Translations under genes and position numbers: made by a program
IMG/VR virus record: IMGVR_UViG_3300044613_003770
Span: 1 to 64,000 of that record
DNA from: a virus
Reading direction: 5' to 3' (one strand)
Length of the DNA stretch: 64,000 bases
Shown: positions 55,652-64,000 of the stretch, one piece after another
Position numbering within the stretch: position 1 is the first letter of the stretch
How the letters are laid out: each line of letters starts with the position of its first letter
The notes under the pieces: generated by a model
Told to the model about the DNA's origin: nothing
Database searches by the model: none
The model's input: only the letters and a program-made list of their open reading frames with translations

Positions 55652-57467
55652 AATTAATGAAGAATTGATGAATAAAGAAGGCTTCTTGGAAGATACAGAA
55701 GCTAAAATATTATTTTATAAATTTTTAAGAGAAAACCCATCATTTGCTTCAGAATTAATTACTGGAGTTAAATTATTTCCATTCCAACATATGTCAATTA
55801 AAGCTATGATGGAAACTGATTACTTTTTAGGCATATGGAGTCGTGGTATGAGTAAATCTTTCTCAACTGCAATTTTTGCAGTATTAGATGCCATTTTACA
55901 CCAAGGCATTCATATAGGTATCATTAGTAAATCTTTTAGACAAGCTAAAATGATTTTTAGAAAAATAGAAGAAATTTCTCGCAGCCCAAAAGCTGTATTT
56001 CTATCCCAAGCAATCACGAGGGTTTCCAAAAATAATGATGAATGGGTTATGGAAATTGGTCAAAGCAGAATAACGGCGCTGCCTTTGGGTGATGGCGAAA
56101 AACTGCGCGGCTTCCGTTTCCAAAGAATGATTATTGATGAGCTTTTATTAATGCCAGAAAAAGTATTAAATGAGGTTATTATGCCGTTCTTGTCTGTTGT
56201 TGAGAATCCAACCGAAAGACAAGAAATACATGATCTTGAAACAAAAATGATTGCTCAAGGCAAAATGACAGAAGAAGATAGAAAACAATGGCCAAACAAT
56301 AAAATAATTGGATTATCTTCCGCATCTTATAAATTCGAATATTTATACAAGCTATATTCTCAATACGAATCATTGATTCTTAATCCTAACGATCAAGATG
56401 GCGCTCATAGAGTTATAATGCATTTTAGTTATGATTGCGCTCCAGAGCAATTATATGATCAAAATTTAATTAATCAATCTAAAGCTACAATGAGTCAATC
56501 TCAATTTGATAGAGAATTTGGAGCTATGTTTACTGATGATAGTTCTGGTTACTTTAAAGTAAGCAAAATGGCGGCTTGTACTATAGCTGATGGAGAAGGT
56601 CAGTGCGTTGAGGTTATAGGCGATTCTAAGTCAGAATATATACTCGCAATAGACCCGTCTTGGTCTGAAAGTGAAAGCTCTGATGATTTTGCTATGATTT
56701 TAATTAAATTAGATAAAGATAAACCCAAAGGTACTGTAGTTCATAGTTATGCAATGTCTGGAACAAATTTAAAAAGTCATATTATTTATTTACATTATTT
56801 ATTAACTTATTTTAATATTGTGAGTATAGTTGCCGACTATAATGGCGGTGTTCAATTTATTAATTCATGCAATGAAAGCGATATATTTAAACAATATAAT
56901 TTAAAGTTAGATGCTTTTGATGCAGATTTTGATAATATTCAAGAATACGATAAAAATCTTAGAGATGCAAGAAATCAATACAATTTGCAAAGCAAAAAAA
57001 TAGTTTATTTAAGAAAACCAAGTTCTCAGTGGATTAGATACGCAAATGAATCTCTACAATCAGCATTCGATCATAAACGAATTTTATTTGCTGGAGCTGC
57101 TATGGATGACAATTATAATATACAGCGCAAATCAAACATACCAATTAAAGAATTAAAATTTTTAAGAAACAATGAAGAAGAACAAGGTGTTTCAGCAAAA
57201 ATGATTGATTTTGTTGAACATCAAAAAGATATGATGGATCTTATTAAAGTTGAATGTGCTTTAATTCAAGTAACAACTACGGCGCAAGGTACACAAAGTT
57301 TTGATCTGCCTCATAATTTAAAAAAACAAAGAGGAGCCGATAAAGCTAGAAAAGACTCTTATTCTGCTTTAGTATTAGGAAATTGGATGATACCAATTCA
57401 TTTCGACATGATGAATCAGAAAGCTGAAAATATACAAACCACATTTACTCCAATGTTTATAAATTAA
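55605..57467 (+). CDS. terL: terminase large subunit
   Basis: LFPFQ, SRGMSKS, LRG.R, IIDE, LSSA, AIDP...D, KDSYSA. Confidence 0.88.
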   Translation: MAWITGVQKRRKRFPKINEELMNKEGFLEDTEAKILFYKFLRENPSFASELITGVKLFPFQHMSIKAMMETDYFLGIWSRGMSKSFSTAIFAVLDAILHQGIHIGIISKSFRQAKMIFRKIEEISRSPKAVFLSQAITRVSKNNDEWVMEIGQSRITALPLGDGEKLRGFRFQRMIIDELLLMPEKVLNEVIMPFLSVVENPTERQEIHDLETKMIAQGKMTEEDRKQWPNNKIIGLSSASYKFEYLYKLYSQYESLILNPNDQDGAHRVIMHFSYDCAPEQLYDQNLINQSKATMSQSQFDREFGAMFTDDSSGYFKVSKMAACTIADGEGQCVEVIGDSKSEYILAIDPSWSESESSDDFAMILIKLDKDKPKGTVVHSYAMSGTNLKSHIIYLHYLLTYFNIVSIVADYNGGVQFINSCNESDIFKQYNLKLDAFDADFDNIQEYDKNLRDARNQYNLQSKKIVYLRKPSSQWIRYANESLQSAFDHKRILFAGAAMDDNYNIQRKSNIPIKELKFLRNNEEEQGVSAKMIDFVEHQKDMMDLIKVECALIQVTTTAQGTQSFDLPHNLKKQRGADKARKDSYSALVLGNWMIPIHFDMMNQKAENIQTTFTPMFIN

Positions 57468-57520
57468 CTTTTTTAAAGTTAAAGTTAACTTTTTAACTTT
57501 ATTGTGTAATATATATAGTT

Positions 57521-59482
57521 ATGTCTAAAAGGTCTTATAACAAGAAATCTCAATATTGGGAAAAGTTTAATAAAATTAATAATACATTTATACAAGAATC
57601 TCAGGCAAGTTTTAATCCAAGTTTATCGGGAGATCCTTTTTATGTATCAGATGCTTCTTATTCTCGCGTTTCAAATACAAGCAACACAAATACTTCAAGA
57701 ATTAATAGGTCAGCAGTATCTCCAACTATAGACAGGTACAGCAGCATAAGAGGAGGTCTTTTGCCATACAACTATGCGATGGATGGAGTTAATGTTAGAG
57801 AAGCTATTGAATTATGTCAAAAAGCATATGCTAATGTGGCTATTTTTAGAAACGCAATAGATATTATGTCTGAATTCGCAAATAGCGAAATATTTTTAGA
57901 AGGTGGCAATAAAAAAAGTAGAGATTTCTTTTATGAATGGTTTAAAAAAATTAATTTATGGAATTTAAAAGATCAATATTTTAGAGAATACTATAGAAGT
58001 GGTAATATTTTTATTTATAGAATAGACGGAAGATTTCAAACAGAAGATTTTATTAAATTAATTAATTCTATATCTCCTATAAGTAGTGCAACTAATAAAA
58101 TACCATTAAGGTATATAATTTTAAATCCATTTGATATAATAGCAAAAAGAAGTTCAACATTCGCTATAGGAGCTTACGAAAAGATACTCTCTGAATACGA
58201 AATGTCTCGTTTGCAAAATCCTTCTACAGAGGAAGATCAAGCTATTTTTGATAGTTTGCCAAAAGATGTAAAAGAAAATATCAAAAAAGGCGCTTATTAT
58301 ACCGATGGATTAAAAATCGAACTAGATCCAAAAAAATTAGCTTATTCTTTTTATAAAAAACAAGACTATGAACCTTTTGCAATTCCATTTGGATATCCTG
58401 TTCTTGAAGACATAAATGCAAAACTTGAACTCAAAAAAATGGATCAAGCAATTACAAGGACAGTCGAAAATGTTATACTTTTAATCACAATGGGTGCAGA
58501 TCCTGATAAAGGAGGTATTAATGCACAAAATTTGAATGCAATGCAGAGTTTATTTAAAAACGAAAGCGTGGGGAGAGTTCTTGTTTCGGATTATACAACA
58601 AAAGCTGATTTTATTATACCAGATTTAAATAAGGTTTTAGGACCAGAAAAATATAAGGTATTAAATGAAGATATTAAACAAGGACTTCAAAATATAGTCA
58701 TTGGTGAGGAAAAATATAGTGCGACAGAAGTCAAAGCTCAAATTTTTGTAGATAGATTAAAAGAAGCAAGACAAGCGTTTTTAAGCGATTTCTTGCAAAA
58801 AGAAATTAAAAGAATATCAAATGATTTAGGTTTTAGATCTTATCCAACTGCAGTATTTAAAGATATTGACATGAGAGATGAAACCCAATTGATGAGAGCT
58901 TCTACGAGATTAATGGAATTAGGTATTTTAACACCACAACAAGGCATGGAAATGTTTCATAATGGTAAATTCCCTAAGCCCGAAGAAATTGCTCCAGCTC
59001 AATCAGTATTCATCAAAGAAAGAGAAGATGGTTATTACAATCCAATTGTTGGTGGTATTCCAATGATATCACCACCAGAAAGTAATACAAAAGATAAAAA
59101 TACTACTAATAAAGTTTCTGGAAGACCAGAAGGGACAACAGGCATACCATTAGCTAAAGCTCAATTTTCAAGAAAAAACATACAAGAAATTGTTGGAGAA
59201 ATAGAGTTGATTAGGAGTTTTGCAAAACAAGAAATTAAAAAAAGTCTCAATATAAAGAAATTTAACAAGGAGCAAGAAAATATTTTAGATAAGTTGTGTG
59301 AAGCTGTAATTTGCTCTACATCAATAGAAAACTGGAAAGAAGAATTATCATCATGTATAAAAAACTTTGATAAAATAGAATCATTAGGTGTAAATAGCAA
59401 TATATTAGAAATTGCTAGTATACATCAATTAGATATATATCCAGCAGCAATTTTATTCCATAGCACTCAAAATGAAAATTAA
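57521..59482 (+). CDS. portal protein
   Basis: Position after terL, 653 aa; Y...IFRNAID.M, YYRSGN.F. Confidence 0.75.
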   Translation: MSKRSYNKKSQYWEKFNKINNTFIQESQASFNPSLSGDPFYVSDASYSRVSNTSNTNTSRINRSAVSPTIDRYSSIRGGLLPYNYAMDGVNVREAIELCQKAYANVAIFRNAIDIMSEFANSEIFLEGGNKKSRDFFYEWFKKINLWNLKDQYFREYYRSGNIFIYRIDGRFQTEDFIKLINSISPISSATNKIPLRYIILNPFDIIAKRSSTFAIGAYEKILSEYEMSRLQNPSTEEDQAIFDSLPKDVKENIKKGAYYTDGLKIELDPKKLAYSFYKKQDYEPFAIPFGYPVLEDINAKLELKKMDQAITRTVENVILLITMGADPDKGGINAQNLNAMQSLFKNESVGRVLVSDYTTKADFIIPDLNKVLGPEKYKVLNEDIKQGLQNIVIGEEKYSATEVKAQIFVDRLKEARQAFLSDFLQKEIKRISNDLGFRSYPTAVFKDIDMRDETQLMRASTRLMELGILTPQQGMEMFHNGKFPKPEEIAPAQSVFIKEREDGYYNPIVGGIPMISPPESNTKDKNTTNKVSGRPEGTTGIPLAKAQFSRKNIQEIVGEIELIRSFAKQEIKKSLNIKKFNKEQENILDKLCEAVICSTSIENWKEELSSCIKNFDKIESLGVNSNILEIASIHQLDIYPAAILFHSTQNEN

Positions 59483-59858
59483 TCCACAAGATATACAAGT
59501 TCCTCTTGAAAAAATAGTTAGTTATACTAATGGTCAAGTAGAAGTTTCTCTCGCAAAAATGAGTGAGGAAAAATCAGAAAAATATAAGAAATTCATGGCT
59601 ACTTGCATGAGCAATGATAAATCTTATGTTGATACCGAAGGCATGGATAAAGACAACGCTCAAAAAGCGTGTGCTATGTATTGGGACAAATCAAAAGGCA
59701 AAATTGAAATCGAGATTGAAGAAGATGAGCCTGAAGATGTGGAAGAGAAAGAAGATATGGAAGAAGGAGACGCTTCTGGCCAATCAACAAAAATGCTTTC
59801 TAAAAAAAATGCATCCAAAGAAGTTTTCGATGGTGAGACTTTAAAAATTAATAAATAA
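59472..59858 (+). CDS. hypothetical head-region protein
   Basis: FMATCM...ACAMYW plus acidic tract. Confidence 0.65.
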   Translation: MKINPQDIQVPLEKIVSYTNGQVEVSLAKMSEEKSEKYKKFMATCMSNDKSYVDTEGMDKDNAQKACAMYWDKSKGKIEIEIEEDEPEDVEEKEDMEEGDASGQSTKMLSKKNASKEVFDGETLKINK

Positions 59859-59866
59859 ATTTATTA

Positions 59867-61399
59867 ATGAATTATAAATATACTACAATATTTGAAGCTC
59901 CTGTTCAAGCTTGCAAAATAAGTGATAACTCATTTATCTCAAAAGCTTCTTTAGATAATCTGCATTCTTTTGTTCCCAAAGATATAGATTTTGAACAAAA
60001 TATTGATTTAATTGGTGTAGCATTTAATGCTGCAGTTGTTAATAAGTTCAATAAAAATGGCGATGGCATGGATACAGATACAGCCATAACATTTACCAAA
60101 AACTTTTTACATAAACCGACAAACATAGAACATAATAAAGAAAAAATTGTTGGACATATAGCCAGTGCTGGATTTAGCAAATATGGATCAAGTGAAATTT
60201 TAACCCCAGAGGAAGTAGAGGGTAAAAACGATATGTTTAACATAGCTCTTGGTGCTGTTGTTTATCGTTCTGCAAATAAAGCTTTTGCTGATCTATTAGA
60301 AAGATCTACAGATCCTAATGATCCATATTATCAAAAAATATCGACAAGCTGGGAAGTCGGATTCACTGATTATGTTTTAGCTTTAGGAAGTTCAGATTTA
60401 AAAGATGCTGAAATCATTTCGGATGAAAAAGCAATTGATAGTTTGAAAAAACATTTAAGAATTTATGGAGGAAGCGGTAAAACAGAAGATGGTAAAAATA
60501 TTTATCGTTTAATAACTGGTAAAATTTATCCTCTAGGAATTGGTTTTACAACTAACCCAGCTGCAGATGTAAAAGGAGTATTTAAACCTCAAGAAAATCA
60601 ACCATTAATAAAAATTAATGATAAAAGAGATAAAAATACTAATAAAATTTCACAAAGTGAAAATATTAATGTAAAAAATAAAAACAAATTCATTATGGAT
60701 ATCGAAACAATGATCTCAGAATTAAAAGATCTTCTTATAGAGAAAAAGTTTTCTGAAGAGGCTGTCGCTTCTATGACTACTACTTTTGCTGACGCAATCA
60801 GACAAAAGGACGAGCAATATCGTCAAGATATTGAAGCCGTTAAGTTAGAAAAAGAGACAATCGCAAAAGAACACTCTGAACTTAAAGAGTCTGTAGAAAC
60901 GCTTCATAACAAACTTACAGAAGCGCAAGAAAAAATAAATTCTTTTGAAGCTACGCAAAAAGCTGAACAAGCTATTGCTAGATTTAATGAAAGAATGGAT
61001 CTCATTGATCAAGAGTACTCTCTTGAAGATGAAGATCGTGAATTTCTTGCTCAAGAGCTTAAAACTCTTGATGTAAATGAAGAAGCTTTTGCTTCTTTTA
61101 AAGAAAAACTTTCTATTCTTTGGAAGGATAAAAATAAAGAAGCTAAGGCGGCTTTTGAGGCTCAAATTCAAGCTCGTATTGATGCCGAGGTCGAAAAACG
61201 CCTTTCAAAAGTTTCAACTGCATCATTGAGTGATCCAGAAGAATCCGATAAAGAGGTATCTACAGAAGAAATTCTTGATAATGTAGAGACATCTGAAGCG
61301 GGAATCGCTAATTCAAACGAAACAGCATCGAGAGACTCGATCTCTCTTCGTGATAAATTTGCTGCAGCTTTTAATCGTGAAAATATAACAATATCTTAA
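59867..61399 (+). CDS. prohead protease fused to coiled-coil scaffold
   Basis: NKNGD, NIEH...IVG, SWEVG, G.GFT.NPA; acidic coiled-coil C-half. Confidence 0.8.
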   Translation: MNYKYTTIFEAPVQACKISDNSFISKASLDNLHSFVPKDIDFEQNIDLIGVAFNAAVVNKFNKNGDGMDTDTAITFTKNFLHKPTNIEHNKEKIVGHIASAGFSKYGSSEILTPEEVEGKNDMFNIALGAVVYRSANKAFADLLERSTDPNDPYYQKISTSWEVGFTDYVLALGSSDLKDAEIISDEKAIDSLKKHLRIYGGSGKTEDGKNIYRLITGKIYPLGIGFTTNPAADVKGVFKPQENQPLIKINDKRDKNTNKISQSENINVKNKNKFIMDIETMISELKDLLIEKKFSEEAVASMTTTFADAIRQKDEQYRQDIEAVKLEKETIAKEHSELKESVETLHNKLTEAQEKINSFEATQKAEQAIARFNERMDLIDQEYSLEDEDREFLAQELKTLDVNEEAFASFKEKLSILWKDKNKEAKAAFEAQIQARIDAEVEKRLSKVSTASLSDPEESDKEVSTEEILDNVETSEAGIANSNETASRDSISLRDKFAAAFNRENITIS

Positions 61400-61422
61400 T
61401 AACAACAAACTAAACTAAAATT

Positions 61423-62043
61423 ATGGCACTTCGTATTTTACCATTCAGACAATATGACGAAAATGATGTAATTAACATGTTCGCTCTTGGCGATGCATAT
61501 GTTAATGAATCAACAACGGGAAGTTCATTTGGTGACGCTGGCGTTTTTGTCGCTGTTGATGCAGCAGACTTTAATGCAGATCCAGTCACCTATGGAACGG
61601 ATTCTTATCTTGGCAAAACAGATTATCCATTTGTTGGAGCTAATCAATACCCAAGTGTTTCATTGAAAGTTAAGCCAGCAGTTAGCGGAACCGCTCTCCT
61701 TGGTCTTACCCTCCGTCAAACAGCTAAGTTCGACGAAAATGGAGAAAAGCTTCTCTATTATCCACAGAAGAAGGAAGAGCTTCAGTGCGTTCTTCCAGGA
61801 CAAGCTGTTCCAGTTGCAACACGTGGGGTATTTACTATCACAGCAGGAGCTTACACAGGCGCTCTTACAGTTGGTGGCGGTATCAAGCTTACTACTGGTG
61901 TAGCAGCAAGTGGAAAAGTTGGCGCTTGTCCTGTAAATGATCCAGCTCGCGTTGGACTTGTTATCGGAACTGGCTCAAGATCAAGCGGAACCATTACCGA
62001 TGCACTTGCAGGAAACTATGCAGTTATCGCACTTGGCTTATAA
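61423..62043 (+). CDS. head decoration / minor capsid protein
   Basis: Between scaffold and capsid; Gly/Ala-rich; highly biased codons. Confidence 0.6.
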   Translation: MALRILPFRQYDENDVINMFALGDAYVNESTTGSSFGDAGVFVAVDAADFNADPVTYGTDSYLGKTDYPFVGANQYPSVSLKVKPAVSGTALLGLTLRQTAKFDENGEKLLYYPQKKEELQCVLPGQAVPVATRGVFTITAGAYTGALTVGGGIKLTTGVAASGKVGACPVNDPARVGLVIGTGSRSSGTITDALAGNYAVIALGL

Positions 62044-62072
62044 TTTAAAAAAAGAAAGAAAAAATATTTAAC

Positions 62073-63194
62073 ATGAAAATTACTTTAAAAAGAACTCCAG
62101 AACAAGTTGAGTTAATTAAGGCTATGGCTTCAAAGAACCGTTCGGTTGCTTATGAAGCTCAAGTTGCATTAGCTGAATTTATCGGTCCAGTATTGGCTGA
62201 AGTTATTAATAACGCTCCAACACTTAGCAATTTATTCACAACACTTCAATTTAATGCTGATGACAATCCAAGTATCCCACTTGATCTTTATTACGACATT
62301 ACTGATGAAGATTATATCCAAGTTTATAGCCAAGCAGTTGCTGGCGGTCTCCCACAGAATCAAGTTCTCCCAACTGCTTCTGAAATGAAGATTGCTACAT
62401 ATACTCTTGATTCAGCTCTTAGCTTTGATAGACGTTATGCAGCAAAAAGCCGCATGGATGTAGTTAGCAAAACATTTACTCGCATGGCTCAAGAAATTCT
62501 TCTTAAGCAAGAGAAAACATCTGCTAATCTTATTTTAACGGCCCTCGCAAACGCAACAACAAATGGCAAAGATCACATCATTAATGCAGGAACAAGCGGA
62601 AGATTCCTTCTTAATGACCTTAATAGACTTTTTACCCTCGCTAAAAGAATTAATACTTCATTCAGCAAAGGTACTCCAGTTAGCCGCTCAAGCCGTGGTT
62701 TAACAGATCTTATTGTATCGCCAGAAGTTGTTCAAGAGCTTCGTGCAATGGCTTACAATCCAATCAATACCAAGGGTTCACCTGCTGGTGGAACACCTAC
62801 AGATGGTATTGCTGCTCCAGAAGACATGAGAACAGCTATTTATAATAGCGCTGGTATTCCTGAGTTTTATGGTGTTTCGATCATGGAAGCTAATGAGCTT
62901 GGAGTTGGTCAGAAATTTAATACAATCTTTGGTGCTGTTGCAGGTGCAGGTTCAACGACAGCTCAAACCTTTGATGTTTCAAAAGAAATCATCATTGGTC
63001 TTGATCGTAGCCGTGAATCTCTTGTTCGTGCAGTTGCTGTTGATTCGGATAGCGGTTCGGAGTTCTCCCTTACTGCAGACGATCAGTACAGCATCCGCCA
63101 AAATAAGATCGGTTATTTTGGTAGCCTTGAAGAAGGGCGCATGGTTCTCGATAACCGCGCTCTTGTTGGTGTCATCGCCACTGGTCTTGCTTAA
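62073..63194 (+). CDS. major capsid protein
   Basis: 373 aa, canonical position, strong codon bias, followed by terminator. Confidence 0.8.
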   Translation: MKITLKRTPEQVELIKAMASKNRSVAYEAQVALAEFIGPVLAEVINNAPTLSNLFTTLQFNADDNPSIPLDLYYDITDEDYIQVYSQAVAGGLPQNQVLPTASEMKIATYTLDSALSFDRRYAAKSRMDVVSKTFTRMAQEILLKQEKTSANLILTALANATTNGKDHIINAGTSGRFLLNDLNRLFTLAKRINTSFSKGTPVSRSSRGLTDLIVSPEVVQELRAMAYNPINTKGSPAGGTPTDGIAAPEDMRTAIYNSAGIPEFYGVSIMEANELGVGQKFNTIFGAVAGAGSTTAQTFDVSKEIIIGLDRSRESLVRAVAVDSDSGSEFSLTADDQYSIRQNKIGYFGSLEEGRMVLDNRALVGVIATGLA

Positions 63195-63210
63195 TCAAGA
63201 CAATTAAATT

Positions 63211-63243
63211 AAGGGTCGCCCTTGAGGGGGCGACCCTTTTTTT
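63211..63243 (+). terminator. intrinsic terminator after capsid gene
   Basis: AAGGGTCGCCC...GGGCGACCCTT followed by T run. Confidence 0.92.
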
Positions 63244-63277
63244 GTTTAATTATTGTTAATATAATATATAATATATT

Positions 63278-63715
63278 ATGAGCAAAAAAGTTGCAAAAAA
63301 AATGAAGGTATCCTACGGCATAGATAGCAATTCAAACAATCAAGGATTACTTGCTGAATTAGATTACATGAAATCTATTGGAGCCACAAATACAAAAGAA
63401 TTTAAAGAAAAAACCAAAGAATTAGAGATTTTATTAGGGGTTAATACAATTAATCCTTTTGGCACTAATGAATTAGATATTTTTGAAGACGATTTAAAAT
63501 CAATGTCACTTTCTGATATGAGGAAATTAGCAGAAAAAATTGGGATCAACTCAATGCAAGATAGACCGACATTAAAAACAATATTAATTAATGAGTTTAA
63601 AGCTTCTAATAGAAATAATCGTCGTAATATAATGCCAAATTCAATCAATAGTGTGATATTAGATCCTAAAAATCCACTTCATGCTGAAGCCCTTAAAATT
63701 TTAGGAGATATTTAA
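63278..63715 (+). CDS. hypothetical protein
   Basis: 145 aa; LKSMSLSDMRKLAEKIG resembles a Rho-N/SAP-like hairpin. Confidence 0.6.
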   Translation: MSKKVAKKMKVSYGIDSNSNNQGLLAELDYMKSIGATNTKEFKEKTKELEILLGVNTINPFGTNELDIFEDDLKSMSLSDMRKLAEKIGINSMQDRPTLKTILINEFKASNRNNRRNIMPNSINSVILDPKNPLHAEALKILGDI

Positions 63716-63735
63716 TTTTAAGTGTAAAATAAGGC

Positions 63736-64000
63736 ATGAACGTAATTGAAAGTTTATCATTAAGCATCTTCCAAACTGAGTTTGATGGAGATACAGGCAT
63801 TATGCCGCGCTCTTATATTTCAGGATGGCTCAGTGAAAATATAGGTTCTTTAAATACATTATTAAATACATCTTATAGTGGAATTGATTCAAATATAGAT
63901 TTAGAGGCTCAAGCTATATACAAAGAATTATACTTGGCTCACTATTATAGAAAACAATCTAGAAACGCATTAAGGGGAATTATAGATAGCTCTAATGGAC
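63736..64000 (+). CDS. 3'-truncated structural-region protein
   Basis: GTGTAA-N8-ATG; open to the window end. Confidence 0.6.
   Translation, partial: MNVIESLSLSIFQTEFDGDTGIMPRSYISGWLSENIGSLNTLLNTSYSGIDSNIDLEAQAIYKELYLAHYYRKQSRNALRGIIDSSNG

Noticed and set aside
63211-63243. GGGTCGCC in the capsid terminator as another element copy
   Set aside because: Lacks the ACTTAC/GTAAGT arms and has a normal T tail
1-64000. Stop-codon reassignment
   Set aside because: Long genes are intact in code 11, all three stops are used, and no suppressor tRNA was seen

Overview
A 64 kb slice of a large, AT-rich tailed-phage genome read in the standard genetic code. Left to right: (1) end of a repeat-containing virion/fibre-like gene, a CHAP endolysin and a 3D-domain gene; (2) thyX, HNH genes and a tRNA region (16 tRNA-like genes in the window including Ile-UAU and a degenerate CAT tRNA) interleaved with three or four unassigned structured RNAs; (3) a plant-type LRR protein, MazG and rIIA/rIIB; (4) a long run of small accessory genes, two DNA glycosylases, a glycosyltransferase/sulfotransferase set and an orphan RuvB-like ATPase; (5) a GC-richer, reverse-strand 10 kb module (about 40.85-50.85 kb) of short genes with their own promoters; (6) PhoH, a sigma factor, an ERCC4 nuclease, terminase, portal, protease/scaffold and major capsid. 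The best candidate for an undescribed system is module 5. It is partitioned into gene cassettes by eight copies of a rigidly spaced 43-bp element, ACTTAC-N8-GACCCC-N3-GGGGTC-N8-GTAAGT, which has a C-GNA-G triloop on one strand, staggered 4-nt bulges and IHF-like flanks. The leftmost copy is inverted, and duplicated gene+promoter units lie inside the module. Three promoter classes are readable, and most place ATG at or near +1 (leaderless). All protein calls come from motif recognition by eye; no searches or folding programs were run.
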